DNA of 60,537 nucleotides, filler included, from Basidiobolus meristosporus CBS 931.73 (GCA_002104905.1; 3 parts of 3 records of this genome joined end to end with filler, not necessarily neighbours in it), one strand, 5' to 3'; counted from the whole stretch's first letter, positions 13,722 to 27,836 are shown. The notes: a model not told the origin generated them from the sequence alone. Numbers and translations are program-made.

Positions 13722-16318
13722 CTGTACCCAAATGGTGTTGTTGGGGACTATATCTAACTTTAGATGTTTTTCTAATGAATCTGACATGATCAACGTAGAG
13801 GATCCTGTGTTGATAAGGGCACTTCTTCCCAAGGCTCATTCTGTACTTCTTCAGCTAATTCCACGTTCTTTCCTTTTGACAGAACCTCTACTGCAGGTTA
13901 CTTTGGCTCCTCTCTAGAAGCATCATGTTAACGCTTCTTCTTCCGTACTTTGACTGCTCTGACCAGAGGGCTTAGATTGCCTGAGTCCTATTGGCCTCCT
14001 GGCAAGGGACTTTGTCTTTTGATGCCTTCTTCTCTTATGTGTCTGATACAGGTTCTTGTCCATACCATTTTTCACATTTGTAGGCTCAGTGGCCTACATC
14101 TCCATATACATAACATGGGTACTGTCATTGTGGTTGTTCCATCTGTTGGGTCAGGGCTTGCACCTGGGCCTTTAGATCTACAACAGCTTCCCAGAGTTTA
14201 TCACCTTCTTTGGGGACTTCTTGGAAATTGTTGATCAGAGTTCTTGGACCTTTTGGCGTAATTCCTCAAACTCACGGTCTTTTGAGGAGGTATTTTTTCT
14301 TTCTTACAGGGGATCCCTGTCCTTTATACATTTTTATCACTATGGGGTAGCCCCCATAGCAAGATGACCCCTTGTACTTGTTCAACCAACTCTTGCAATG
14401 TTTTACATCCCTGTTATTGTATGGATACCCTACATCTTATTTTGTTGTCTAAGCCTATGTTGTAATACCTCATGAGCTGTCATTTAGCAATTTTGTCCTT
14501 TGGGAGACATTGAACCCATTAGAGAAACAGTTCAGTGTAGGCTTCATAGCTCTCACTGCTTTTCTTCCATGCAGATAGTAGAAGGGCTTTGTAGTGGTAT
14601 CCTTTGGCATGTAAACAGTGTGTATTGTAGGCTTCTTCTATTGCATCCCAGTTGTCTTTAACTGCATCTTCCAACCCATAATGCCATTGCCATGCTGACC
14701 CTTCCATATGTCTTGCAAACTCCCTTACTTTCTTATTGTTGTCCCATCCTGCATTTACTGCAACTCTCAAACTTATCAAACCACTCAAGGGATTTCTTGC
14801 TCTTTCCCTTGTATATTCTTGGTTTGATTGTAGTGGTCATTACCTCACTTGTGTTTATTTCTACAGAGACAGCACCAAATATGTGGGTTATTACTGACTG
14901 TACTTTATAAGTGGGAGAGCTTGTAGGTCAAGTCAGTACTACTTGGAACTGAGAAGCTTCCAATAAAAGGTAGAAAGGTAACAAAGACTTGTGTTTATTC
15001 CGCCCAAATCTTCCTGTCCTCTCACTAGGTTCAATTGGATAGATATGTATACATCACTTGGGGGGCTAAGATAATAGACAATGTGTTATAGAATACGGGT
15101 GTGAACACCTTGCTGTTATGGTTAGTGTTCCAACTAGATAAGGCCAGGGATAGGAGGGAGGACATGTGGGGGGATCATAGGGAGGATACTGGGGGACTCT
15201 GGGTAGGACTCTGGGGAGAGCTCTTGGGCAAAGAGTGGGTATTACATTTAGTACTCACACACCATTCAGTCTTTGAAGCACAACTACAGTGCCTAAAGAT
15301 AAAGCCCACAGAAAAACCTATCACAGTGTGGGAGGGAGACAATGTGGTGTTTATACCAGAGCCTAAAAAGCAAAAGACATTGAAGATCCATGAAGCTGTT
15401 GAGTGCAATAATGAAGAGTGGGCTGATGTACAAGAGGCCATCAGAAGTCTAGCATGCTATCACCTTGAGGCTGACATACCACAGGACCATCAGGAACTCA
15501 AGGCCAAGCAGAATGCACTTCACTTGTACCATGGGCATTATCCTGGATTCAAACTGCCAAACTGATTTTGGCCCAGCATTGGTATGCTAAGAGAGTATCT
15601 TAAAAATAGCAGAAACTATCAAAGGCAGAAGAACAAGGGTGCCATGGATAAAAACCAGCAGCTACCTGAAGAGCCTGCTACAAGCTGGGCCAAAAGCTGC
15701 AGACAAGCATCAAAGAGACGTCAGGCAGCTGGTAGAGTGCCGATTAGGGACAAGTAAGCAGAAATAGATGCACCAGCATAACATTTATCAAGAAAAAAGC
15801 ATTGTACCACTCAAGAAGCACCCAGTCAAAGTAGCAGTGAAGGAACTGACAGTGATAAAGATCAGCCACTTTTACAGGAGCCTGTCACAGCTATAGTTGA
15901 GAGCTCAAAACAAGCTGAAAAGAAACATCAGGTTGCCAGAAGAGTGCCAGCAAGGGACAAGCAGGCCAAAACAGATGTGTCAGAGCAGAATTTATCCAGG
16001 AGAAAATGTAGTTCTTTACAAGAAGCACTCAGAAAAAGTAGCATTGAAAGACATGCCAGTGATAAAGGAAAAGGTAAAGGGAAAAATGTCTACCCAAGCC
16101 TGAGACAGGGAGGCATGCAAAAAAACTGCAGTTCTAGCCAATTAACACTGCAAGCCAGGAGCAGACTGATTCACATCATAGCCAAGAACAATTACCAACA
16201 AGAAAGCAGCTGTTTTCACAACAGTCGAAGTGCCGCCAGTTGAGCTACACTCCAGAAAGATAAAAGAGTTTTCTGAAAAAGGAAGTTTGCATACCACAGT
16301 TTCCACAGCCTCCTCTGC

Positions 16319-19300
16319 TGTGGTGGTGTATAGCTCCAAGGGAGAGATACGTCCAACACTTCTCAAGTGTTTTGTGTGTGGGGTGTTCACTGGGTGCAAT
16401 AACCTCTGGCAAAAGCTTGCTAGGAATACTTGGGTTCTGTCTCTAATCTAATGTGAAGGGGAATAAAGCCACAACCTTGTCAAGGGAAAACTATTGAGCT
16501 ACAATCCCCAACTTAGTTGGCGTCTTAACAAAAGTATGTGCTGGGTTCAGCATCCTTTGAGATGACAATGTACTAAAGCTTCCAAAGTCAAAACAACTGT
16601 AAACTCCACCAGCAGGGACTTGATAAGAATGCAGCTGTGGTCAATAGTTACAAAGACAGAAAAGTATCTTTGCCTGTACAAGAACAAACTTGGGAAAGAA
16701 TCAAATATAATAAAAGATACCTACTCTGAGTATTCCTCACAAGTAGTGCCTCCAAGGTCAGTTGGCTGTCAGCGCGGTTTCCTGGGAGTGTCCTGTGGTC
16801 TAGGGTTGGAAGTTCAGGTAGCAGCAGGTAGCAGTGATCACACTAATCAACAAGTTGGTATATTGATAAAAGGGATGATGATTTATTGTTGAGGGATAGC
16901 CTCCCTTATATACTTTTCTTACTGGCTAAGTGATTACTAATCATGGTGTTCCAGAAGGTTCCGGATATCAATAGAAATCTTAATGACATCAGAATGACCT
17001 AAGAATGTTCTAAGTAGGTGCCGGAAGGTTCTAAGAGGCACAGCACATCCAACCAATCAGGAATCAGTATTCTGAAACCTGTGTAACATGGGGATACCAT
17101 ATATGGTATGGAAATGGTAGGGATGGTGACACGGGTTGATCATGTGTCACAGGTACTGGTGCGGGTACTTGCCTAATATAGAAGCACTTGTAACTAGTAA
17201 TCTTACATAAAGTGAGGGGTAACTTATGCAATAAGGTAAGCAGGTGTGATAGTCAACCGGCTTATGGGATAGTACTGATTGGGTAAGACAAATGGGATAA
17301 AACTAAAATGAGTGTAGTAGGGATATAGGGAATTAGAAAATAAGGAATGAGCACATCTGTCAGTGGGTGTCACTGTCACCCCACTACATCCACCCCCCTC
17401 TCAGCTTTGAACTTGGGTCAAAGCAAACTAATCTTGATGTGCAAAATTCCTATGCTTGAATAACTTAAGTCCATTTCCAGCAACTGGTGCTCTCAACTGG
17501 GTGTTGTCAAGCTCAGATATGTAATAACTTCCATTTCCAATCACTTTGGAAATGAGGTAGGGGCCAGTCCATTTGTTGTCAAACTTCCGACTCCATTGCT
17601 TGTCCAAGGTAGAATCGTAGAGTAATACTGGGTCTCCTAGTGATAGTGGTTTTGGTCTTGTTGGGTGTGATTTGTCAAAGGGCACCTTGTTCTTTAGTCG
17701 TGTACCCTTAAGTTATTCAGCAGCTCTGCTGATATTCAAGTCATGGTGATCAAGTTGCTGTATGTGAGTTGCAAGGAGGTCTTCAGTCTGCATATTGGAT
17801 CTCCAATTCAATGAGTTCCAAGTGACTGTGTTTAACTCAACTGGTAGTATGCAGTCATGTCCATAGAGTAGCTTGAATGGCGATAATCCAGTTGTTCTCT
17901 TGGTAGTAATTCTATCTGCCCAGAGTGCTAGATGTAATTGCTGTGGCCACAGTGTTGTGTTATTCTCACAGGCCTTGACAAGAGAGTTCACCAATGGTCC
18001 ATGTCCTCTCTCTATCATTCCATTGGCTTGAGGGTGGTAGGCGGTTGTAAAAGCAATGTGTATCTTGTACTTTGAGCACAACTTCCTGGATCATTTGGGA
18101 TGTCATCTCTCCTCTGTCAGCAACAAACTGTTGGATGCAGCCAAATCTGCAGATGATGTCTTCAAGTATAAATCTCCATATCGGTATGGCTCTTGTTGTT
18201 GGGCAAGGCTCGAGCCTCTGCCCATCCACTAAGGTCATCTCTAGCAACAATCAGGTACTTTTTTGATCCAGCTGTTGGCATGTGGACAAGGTCAATACCA
18301 ACCTTTTGCCATAGACAGATTGTGTAAGTAGGATGCAGTGGTTCTTCATAACGCTTGGAGGATCTCTTCTGGCAGGCTACACATGACTCAACAAAGTGTT
18401 GAATATCATAGTACATGTTTTCCCAGTAGTACCTCTGAGCTGTGGTATAGTGGTGGCTTCTCATCCTCTATGTCCTCCTGGCTTCTCCTTGGTGGATACT
18501 TGTCATGATGTTCAGTTGTTCTTGAGGGGTAGTGACTACTCTTCTTGGCATAAGTCCAGGCTTCACTTGCTTAAAGAGAAGATCATCTTTAAGATAGTAG
18601 TGATGTGCCTTCTTCCTGAGTTTTCTAAACTCCTGAATTTCCATCCAACTAGGTTTTTTAAGTGTCCTTAGATATTCCTTGATCAGACTCCAGGTAGTTC
18701 TCTCTTGGTCTTTGATGGCAATCTGTCGGATCTCTGCATCAATAATATCATCAAAGTGAGGGTCCAAGTCTTCAACTAATTGTGGTCCCTTCCTGGAGAG
18801 TGCATCAGCCACAACATTTGTTTTGCCAGGGATATGTCTGACCTCAAAGTCAAACATTTTCAGCCATGCCATCCATTGGTTTGTGGCATCATCATGGTAG
18901 GTCAGGCTTGTTGATCATTCCTATAAGTGGCTTGGCATCTGTCTCCAGGATAAAATGTGTCATGTAGAGTTGTGACTTCAGTTTCCTCAGCATCTTCACA
19001 ACTCCTAGTAGTTCTCTCTTAATCTGTGAGTATCTTTGCTCTCTAGGAGAGAATAGGCAGCTCTCATATCTGCAGGCATAGCGGTTGCCATCTTCATCAT
19101 CTTGTCCAAGTAGTGCTCCAGCTCCTATAGGGCTTGCATCCACTGTCAAAATAGGTGGGCATTCAGTGTTTTGATAGTCAAGAGGTCTTAGAACTGGTGG
19201 AGATACTAAGGCCTCTTTCAGTAATTGCATGGCTTCTTCTTGCTCTTCTCCCCAGATAAATGGGGTATTCTTTCTCTGTAGTCGGTAGATTGGTTCTGCT

Positions 19301-19746
19301 ATCTCAGAAAATCTTGGGATCCAGATCCTAAAGAACCCACAAGCTGCCACAAAGCCACGAGCTTGTGTTAGATTTGTGGGGGTAGGCCAGTTGCATATCT
19401 TTTGTGTCTTGGAATCTCCAGGTGAGCGACCAAAGGTATTGCATTTTTGTCCAACAATGGATATCTCTGATACACCAAAGCTGCTTTTCTCACCACTGAT
19501 GGTGAGTCCAGCTTCTTCAATGGCTCCTAATATGGCATCATTGTCTGAAATATGATCATAGACAAACTTTCTGACTCCAGGCATGACTTCAGTGGTGTCC
19601 CGGGTTTTTGGTCCTTTGATGCCTATGTCATCAACAAAGACAGCAAGTTTCTCAGGTATAAACTGATACAGCACATTTACCATGCATCTCTGGAACTGAG
19701 GCACAGAGTTTGTAGCCCCTTGACTGAGTCTTGTCATCTTTAACAG
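16319..19746 (-). mobile_element. Ty3/gypsy family B, copy B2 (Ylt1-like RT-RH-INT, 3' LTR 16319-17388), cut by the assembly gap
   Basis: GATNSVPQFQR, VFVDDIGIKGP, TVDASPIGAGA, ETDAKPL, GIDLVHMP..ARDDLSGWAEA. PPT at 17389-17403 next to TGTAGTGG. The Ylt1-clade label rests on recalled motif resemblance. Confidence 0.92.
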
Positions 19747-19846
19747 NNNNNNNNNNNNNNNNNNNNNNNNNNNNNNNNNNNNNNNNNNNNTTAATTAATT
19801 AANNNNNNNNNNNNNNNNNNNNNNNNNNNNNNNNNNNNNNNNNNNN
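19747..19846. other. Artificial assembly linker (44 N + TTAATTAATTAA + 44 N)
   Basis: Six-frame stop cassette inside an N run. Confidence 0.95.
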
Positions 19847-20622
19847 CCAAACACTCTATCTCCTCCTACATTTGTGTGCATTGATTGGCTATTGCCTCTT
19901 TTTCACACCCTTACTACCTGACTCCATCATTTCTCTGATTTTTCATGCATACAAATTTATTTATTTCTGTTAATACTTCAGTTGTACCTCAATTGCCAAT
20001 TGTATTGACCTATGCAAGTCCTATACCCTACACTGATATTAAGCCAACCCCACACTCAACAAGTAACTCCATTAAAATCCACCACTCAATAAGTATATCT
20101 GCTGCACTACTGTGTTTTCACAACTTTGGCAGGAACCCTACAGCTTTATGCCATTGTTCATTCACTGGTTCCCATATGTCCAGGTCTTCAGCCAGCACTG
20201 CAAGGTCTAGCTCCTCATCTGCCAGTCTTTGAAATAAGTCCTTGCAATATTCAAGTGCATTTTCTGAGTTCTTGATATTGCTACTTTGTCTGTCAGTGGG
20301 ATCTCCACTCTGTCAACAATGGAGGATGTGGAGGCTGTGGTAGATAAATTGCCTTTCTCCACAAAGTCATCTACCTCACTGGAGTGTAGCTTAACTGGCT
20401 GCACTTCCAACTCTTGTGAAAACAGCTGTTTTCTTGTTTATAATTCTTCTTGGCTATAATAGAGTTCAGTCTGTTCCAGGCTTACAGTGTCAATTGGTAA
20501 GAACTGCAGCTTTTTTCTTATGCTTCCCTGTCCCTGGCTTGGGTAGACTTTTTTCCCCGTTACCTTTTCTTTTATCACTGCCAGGTCTTTCACTGCTACT
20601 TTGTCTGAGTGCCTCTTGTATT

Positions 20623-20971
20623 TGTTGTAAGAGTCTTGGAGATATTGGAAGTGATTGGGAGAACAAGTAGATTTTGTGGTTTTCACATAATGATTTATTG
20701 AATGTAAAAGTAGTATTTATACTTTTACCTGGTCTTGGCATTACAAACACGTAGAATAGGTTAAGGAAGGTCCCAAGAACATGTGTGCAAAGTTTGGGGC
20801 TGTTTGGACAACTTTAAGAATTTTTGTGCTCTGGGTACCTGATATTTTGGTGAAAATATTGTAAGTAAATCCCAACAAGGAATTTGGTCAGTATTCTCTA
20901 GGATATGAAGGTAATGATCTAAGTGACTAAGTTAGGTGAATATTTAAGTGGAATTACAAATTTTTACAACA
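20623..20971 (-). mobile_element. Solo LTR of Ty1/copia family D (349 bp)
   Basis: TGTTGTAA..TTACAACA with a perfect 5-bp TSD GTATT. Reverse-complement homolog of the copia 5' LTR at 29373-29723. Confidence 0.9.
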
Positions 20972-23598
20972 GTATTGAATTACATTTTCTCCTTGATAAA
21001 TGCTGCTCTGATGCATCTGTTTTGGCCTGCTTGCCTCTTGCTGGCACTCTGCAGGCAACCTGATGCTTCTTTCCTGCTTGTTTTGAGCTCTCAGCCCATG
21101 CTGTGATGGGCTCTTGAGGAAACTGCTGGTTTTTAGCCATTGCACCCTTGTTCTTCTGCCTTTGATAGTTTCTACTATTCTTGAGATACTTTCTTAGCAA
21201 ACCAATGCTGGCCCAAAAACTGTTTGCTTGTTTGAATCCAGGATAATGCTCATGGAGCAAGTCAAGCACATTCTGCTTGGCCTTGAGTTCCTGATGGTCC
21301 CATGGTATGCCAGCCTTAAGGTGTTGGCATGCTAGACTACTAATGGCCTCTTGTATATTAGCCCACTCTTCATCATTGCACTCAATGGCTTCACAGATCT
21401 TCAATGTCTTTTGATTTTTAGGCTTTGATATAAACACTCCATTTTCTCTCTCCCATGCTGTGATAGGTTTTTCTGTGGGCCTTATCTTTGGGCACTGTTG
21501 TTGTGCTTCAAACACTGTACAGTGTTCCTCTGCTGTTATGTTAGGAAATGGCTCAATTCTTGGCTGTGACATTGAGCTACTTGAGTTCCTTTGTTGCAGC
21601 AGAGATACTGCATTCTCTACCTGATATATTGATTGCTCTACACCTTTGATTCACTCATCCTGTTTCTGGATTATTTCCTGACTTCTCTGGGCCATTACAT
21701 CTATCCTATCAGCCACTGCACCTAATTGCCGCATTAATGCTTTGGTATGAGCTGACAACATACTTGCTAATACAGGTGGTGATGATGTTATGACAGCCAG
21801 TTGCTGGTCTGCAACTGAAGGTACTACTTTTGCTACATTTGCATCTGCTTCAGCAATATGGCCAGCTTGCAGCTCTGTAGAGACTCCAATTTGTCTACTT
21901 GACTGAGAGCCTGAGGAGTCTGCATTGTTCCCTTCAGTGGGCACACTATCCACAGGAACCTTTTTAGTTGTAGCCCACTTGTTGCACTGAATGCTAAAGC
22001 AAGCTGTTGTCCAACTGTTCTTCTGCTGCTGTCAGCAGTGGTGTTTAGTTGGGAATCAGACAACCTTGCTTTTTTTTTGGTAGCATATATATGGAAGTGA
22101 GTCAAGCAGTATTGACAAAAAAGTGATATAATAGCATTATGCTGTTGAGTGTCAAACTGTTTGCACCATGGACAAGAATACTTTGATTTAACACCATAAG
22201 AGAAGAGAAAAAAGACCATGTGCCTATTGTAGCAAGCCTCTCAGCCATGGAGCACACCAACTGCATAGGAAGTATTACAAGGATCACAGTCAGTGTTTTG
22301 ACAAACAAGTCATATTTGACCATTCACTAGTCACTACTTTGTGAGTACTAAATGTAGAACCCACTCTTTGCCCCAGAGTTCTACCCAGAGTCCTACTCAA
22401 AGCTCCCCCTGTATCCTCCCTATGATTCCCCCACACATCCTCCCTCCTATTCCTGCTTCACTCCTAAAAGCCATTCAAGATACACCCACACCAAGCAATA
22501 TCAATGCAGTTTTGGGATTCCTAGGATTAGCTGGCTACTATTGCCGCTTTGTCAAAAACTTTGCAACAATAGCAGCCCCCCTGTACAAATTGACGCAAAA
22601 AGGCCAGTGTTTTGTGTGGTTGGAGCCTCAAAAGAGAGTGTTTGATCAGCTGAAACATTCCCTGACATCTCCAGCAGTGTTACGTTTTCCCAATTGGGAT
22701 GTGAGATTCTTTATTAACAGTGATGGAAGTCTCACCAGTATGGGTGCTGTACTGGGACAAAACCACCAACCTGGCAAATTCCACCCAATTGGTAATGTGA
22801 GTCATTTGCTAAACAAACACAAATGTCACAACCCCATTACCAAGACAGAATGTCTGGTGGTTGTTTATTCAATTAAACAATTCCATACATACACACATGG
22901 TTGCCAATTCATGATAGTAATGAACCACAGCACACTGATCTGGCTGATAAAAACTAGAGACTTTACCAGTTGACTACCATGTTGGGCCCTCTGGCTACAA
23001 GAATACAACTTCAAAATAATTCATTGCACTGGCAAGAAACAGCAGGACACAGACTTCCTCAGTTGCTATCCTGTTTGCCAAGTATGTGTCAGCAATGACT
23101 ACAAGGATGTAATCTGCTTTAACAGAAGGGGTAAGTACACCAAACATGTTATTAAAAACAAGCAGAGGAGAGACTTTTGAAGGAAATGGCTTCAGTACAA
23201 AATACAAGAAAATTGATTATGGTTCCTCCTAGGACAGTTCAGAGTCAAGGAACCCCCAGTAACTGCCTGCAAATAAATCATACAAGAAAGACATATGTCA
23301 TTAGGACATGCTACCCCCTAACAACATATATGATGTTAAGAAAGACGTTTTATTGGAAAAAAAGATGACCAACATCACCAATATGTTACAAAGATGCTTC
23401 ACTTGCAAGAGATTTAACTGGAGTCAGAAGATAGGGACAACCACACCAACACCAGCTGACATACCCTTCCACTGGGTAGGGATTGACTTTGTTGGCCCCC
23501 ATACAAAAACAAAGAAAGGAGGACAATACATAATAATTGCTACCAATTATTTCTCAAAGTGGGTAGAAGCCCAAGCCATCCAAAAAAAAGATCAGAGA

Positions 23599-24159
23599 TG
23601 TTGTGTTGTATTATAATTAGTTTGGGGCTTGTTCTACAATGTAGAGGCTGATCAACAATATACAACAACTTCCAGTATGCTAATACTGAAATAATTTATT
23701 GCAAGTTTGATATAGTAATAGAAGATATAACTTTCACTAATTTCCTCAATCTTAGGCTCAAAATATACTGTAGGCAGTGTTTATCACTTCTACAGCAGTG
23801 TTCTGACCTTCTGTCAACTAATGGGCTTATTTACTTCTATAGTAACTTTTCCTTATTTGGAAGTCACTTTTGTCTCTGAGAAAATATTTCCTAATATGGA
23901 AATTCTGAACTCCCTGTTAACCTAAAGGGGTGTGTTGTAGAAGTCTCTAAAGGGGTCTTTAGACCTAAAGGGGTGTCTAAAGGGGTGTCTTTAGAGTAAA
24001 GGGGCTTCTTAGAGGGGACTTCTCTGACAGAAAAGTGGTAGTTTCTTGTAGAACTTAGATTGGATTCTTGTCAGCTTTGCAGTCTCTTTACTGATGTAGT
24101 ACCAATCAAAGTCAGAATACTCAACAGTGCAAGTGATGCAGGGGAAGTCTTATAACCTT
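23599..24159 (+). mobile_element. Truncated family G LTR inserted in the E2 integrase
   Basis: Begins TGTTGTG where the integrase homology breaks. Reverse-complement match to 40590-41268. Confidence 0.65.
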
Positions 24160-24612
24160 GATTGTATACCACCTGAGAGGAGGTTCCATGATCATCAAGC
24201 AGAAGGATGCCGCACTGATTCCCATATCCATACTGGACACAGTCAGACAGAAGATGCAAGGAATCAACTGTCATGCCCTCACAAGGCCTCAAGAGCCCCC
24301 CTGTTTTGTTGCATACTTGTCATTAATAGGTACCATGATTGTTGAGGTATATGCAGACCTGGTACAAGCTGCAAGAGCACCAGAAGTAGAGCTCCCAATC
24401 AAAGAACTCCTCCAAGAAATTTGCAAACATCTCAAACTGCATTTTCAAGAAGGTACCATCCTAGAGAAGATACGCAAACGGATTAAATACACCAGCCAGT
24501 TGACCCATGCAATCCATCAAGTTGCTGTGCTATAAGTATTACAGTGGTTTACCATAGGACTACTCAGGAACCAGTACAAAGTCCAACTCCAAGAAGCCAA
24601 AGAAACTGCCGC

Positions 24613-25684
24613 TGTGGTGGTGTATAGGTCCAAGGGAGAGATATGTCCAACACTTCTCAAGTGTTTTGTGTGTGGGGTGTTCACTGGGTGCAATAACCTC
24701 TGGCAAAAGCTTGCTAGGAATACTTGGGTTCTGTCTCTAATCTAATGTGAAGGGGAATAAAGCCACAAGCTTGTCAAGGGAAAACTATTGAGCTACAATC
24801 CCCAACCTAGTTGGTGTCTTAACAAAAGTATGTGCTGGGTTCAGCATCCTTTGAGATGACAATGTACTAAAGCTTCCAGAGTCAAAACAACTGTAAACTC
24901 CTCCAGCAGGGACTTGATAAGAATGCAGCTGTGGTCAATAGTTGCAAAGACAGAAAAGTATCTTTGCCTGTACAAGAAAAAACTTGGGAAAGAATCAAAG
25001 ATAATAAAAGATACCTACTCTGAGTATTCCTCACAAGTAGTGCCTCCAAGGTCAGTTTGGCTGTCAGCACGGTTTCCTGGGAGTGTCCTGTGGTCTGGGG
25101 TTGGAAGTTCAGGTAGCAGCAGGTAGCAGTGATCACACCAATCAACAAATTGGAATATTGATAAAAGGGATGATGATTTATTGTTGAGGGATGGCCTCCC
25201 TTATATACTTTTCTTACTAGCTAAGTGATTACTAATCATGGTGTTCTAGAAGGTTCTGGATATCAGTACAAATCTTAATGACATCAGAATGACCTAAGAA
25301 TGTTCTAGGTAGGTGCCAGAAGGTTCTAAGAGGCACAGCACATCCAACCAATCAGGAATCAGTATTCTGAAGCCTGTGTAACATAGGGATACCATATATG
25401 GTATGGAAATGGTTGGGATGATGACACAGGTTGATCATGTGTCACGGGTACTGGCGCGGGTACTTGCCTAATATAGAAGCACTTATAGCTAGTAATCTTA
25501 CATAAAGTGAGGGGTAACTTATGCAATAAGGTAAGCAGGTGTGATAGTCAACCAGCTTATGGGATAGTACTGATCAGGTAAGACAAATGGGATGAAACTA
25601 AAAAAAGTGTAGTAGAGATATAGGGAAGTAGAAAATATGGGAACGAGCACATCTGTCGGTGGGTGTCACTGTCACCCCACTACA
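24613..25684 (-). mobile_element. Solo LTR, family B
   Basis: TGTGGTGG..CCACTACA with flanks CCGC/CCAT; splits the E extra ORF. Confidence 0.92.
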
Positions 25685-26924
25685 CCATAGACTCTGTAGA
25701 AACCTTGAGGCAAGTGCAAAAGTGCCTTGATTGTGCCACAGTCTCTATGGAAGTACTACAATACGTCTTGGAAGAAGCAAAAGCTTGTTATTGACAACAG
25801 ATGACTGCCAACCAAGTGTATGCCCTCTTTGAAAGTGCTCCTGCCATCATGTTGAACATGACAAGGGCAAGTCCCAACAATGTTTGCAAGATAAAGAAGC
25901 AAGACTCTATTGCATTATTGCATCTCTTCTTGTTCTCCAACCCCCCCAAGGAGCTTACCCAAAACCCCATGGTTTGCCAATTGTTTGGCTCTGTGGAAAA
26001 TATCCCTCAAGCATTGCAAGCTGCTCCCTACTCTGTCACTGAATGGTATCAGGTGCTTGCCCATGGTCCCCTCACAAGTGACAACCAGCAATGATACTGT
26101 GGTGACTCCCCATGCTCTGTCAACAAAATTGACCCTGGAGAAGCAAGTTAGTCAAAGAACTTCAAGGACAAAGCTCCCTCTTAACCCCTAGGATATGAGA
26201 GTACTAAATGTAGTACCCACTCTTTGCCCAAGAGTTCTCTCCAGAGTCCTACCAAAAGTCTCCCAGTATCCTCCCATGATTCCCCCACACATCCTCCCTC
26301 CTATTCCTGCCCTTATCTAGTTAGAACACTTACCATAACAGAAAGGTGTCCACACCCCTATTTTATAACACATTGTATATTGTCTAAGCCCCTCCAAGTG
26401 ATATATGTATATCCAATTGAACCAAATGAGAAAACAACAAGAGATTTGGATGGAAAAAGCACAAGTCTTTATTACCTTGCCACCTTCTATTGGAAGCAAT
26501 TCTGAGCCAAGTGGCACTGACGTGGCCTACAAGCTCTCCCACTCACCAAGTACAGTCAGTAATAACCCACATACTGTACCAACCATACCTTACTGGCCAC
26601 TTCATACTTCTATAATAGCATCTGGCTGTACTTACCACCTTGTGCAGACAGAGTTGGGAGAGTTTGTGACACCTTCAGGCTCACCCCAGCCTTCTGAATA
26701 TGGCATGCAGAGTGACAGCTCTGAAGAAGCAGGCTCAATGATGGATTGTGAGCCTATCTTCCCTAACAACAGCACCCTGCATGAGCCCAACAAGATCCCA
26801 TTATGCAATGAGACAACACCTGTGGAAAAAATGCCAAGGATACTCTATGGAATCAAGTGAGCCCAGTAATCCATTTACTGGTGAATGATGGGATGTTGTG
26901 GCTAGCAAAGTGCCAATATATATA

Positions 26925-27265
26925 TCCAGATAGTACCAGTGGACCAAGATAGTGCCATGCATTTTTGTGACATGCTACAAGCCTGTGGGGCTAGATTTAG
27001 AGTGCCATGGGTATGATGTACCAGATGCATATCTTCAGTCTCTCTGTGCTCTTTTATGTCATGCTCAATTTTGATCCCAAAAAAAAGGTTAAAAAATTGA
27101 TTTTCTCCCGCACGGTAGGTGAAGCACAGGGGCTGCTTTGCATGAATATGCAGAACTATATGTCACACTCTGTGGCCAAGTTTAGGTCTGCTATGACTCT
27201 CAGGCACACTATGGCACTATTTGGCACTCATGGCTCAATGTGGCACTATCCAACGGAACAAGTCT
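26925..27265 (-). mobile_element. Partial MITE/foldback copy (GGAACAAGTCT terminus)
   Basis: Ends ..CCAACGGAACAAGTCT; internal sequence matches 60057-60537. Left end not found. Confidence 0.6.
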
Positions 27266-27836
27266 ATTGGCTAAATACCAAAAAGTTCTTTGTCAATATT
27301 CAGGAGGTATTCATGGCAGAAGTGGTGGCAACCAAGCATATATTTGCAAGATGTATATGTTACCAGCAATACAAGGAATATGGGAACTTTGCAAGCATTA
27401 CACTAAAAAGCTGTACAGTTGAGATGACTGAAGTATGTCAATTGCAGCAGGTGTGCCCATTTGCAGAGGTTAGTAAGCCGGAGGCCATAGTATTTTTTGA
27501 TTGAAACCATATGTGGAATACTCAAGGTAGTAGTGTGTTAGCAAATAAAGAGGTGATTCTACAGTGGAATATATGAGTTGAGCAAGGGGAGCTAGAAAAA
27601 GGAAATACCAGTTGGTAAGTTGGTATGGTAGCAGTATACAGAACTGGCTATAGGCCACCATACAGCCATGATAATGCCATCAGAGGCTTACAAAAAGGCT
27701 GTCAGAACACTATCAGGTTTTTTGCCATACAAAGCAATTAGATGTACTGGCCAGTTAGATCCACTCAGATAGTTGTCAAGTGCACTAAGATCACAACAAT
27801 GCCATGCTACTCTTGCAAATACCATACAAATACTGT

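Larger units (their letters stand above)
3303..15259 (-). mobile_element. Ty3/gypsy family E, copy E1 (internally deleted; hosts nested C, A and B insertions)
   Basis: LTRs 3303-3678 and 14882-15259 (TGTGGG..TACTCWCA) with a 5-bp TSD TACCA/CACCA, one mismatch. Gag (FERVAVNAGWD..), CCHC relic CYVYGDVGH*AYKC (~14080-14120) and protease ALINTGS (~13800-13820) on the minus strand; RT and integrase are missing. Confidence 0.85.
2734..16318 (+). pseudogene. CACTA accessory ORF2, copy 1 (2734-3302 and 15260-16318, split by gypsy E1 and truncated by LTR B)
   Basis: MPPKNKAKLSDSQPN..QPRIQLFPDVTAEE continues after 15259 as ..FEAQLQCLKIKPTEKPI.., collinear with the unsplit copies at 21572 and 38300. 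Confidence 0.75.
22340..26571 (+). mobile_element. Ty3/gypsy family E, copy E2 (internally deleted)
   Basis: Truncated 5' LTR (22340-~22455) fused to RT/RNase H (FLGLAGYYCRFV). Integrase fragments (CFTCKR, VGIDFVGP), extra ORF, 3' LTR 26196-26571, TSD TACTT/TACTG. Confidence 0.85.
19847..27836. mobile_element. CACTA-like element, copy 2 (ORF2 minus ~19950-22090; transposase plus, split by E2, with a deletion and a MITE)
   Basis: ORF2 fragments MSQPRIEPFPNITAEEH..; transposase 5' end 22170-22339 resumes at 26572, and the 3' part lies at 27266-27836. Confidence 0.75.
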
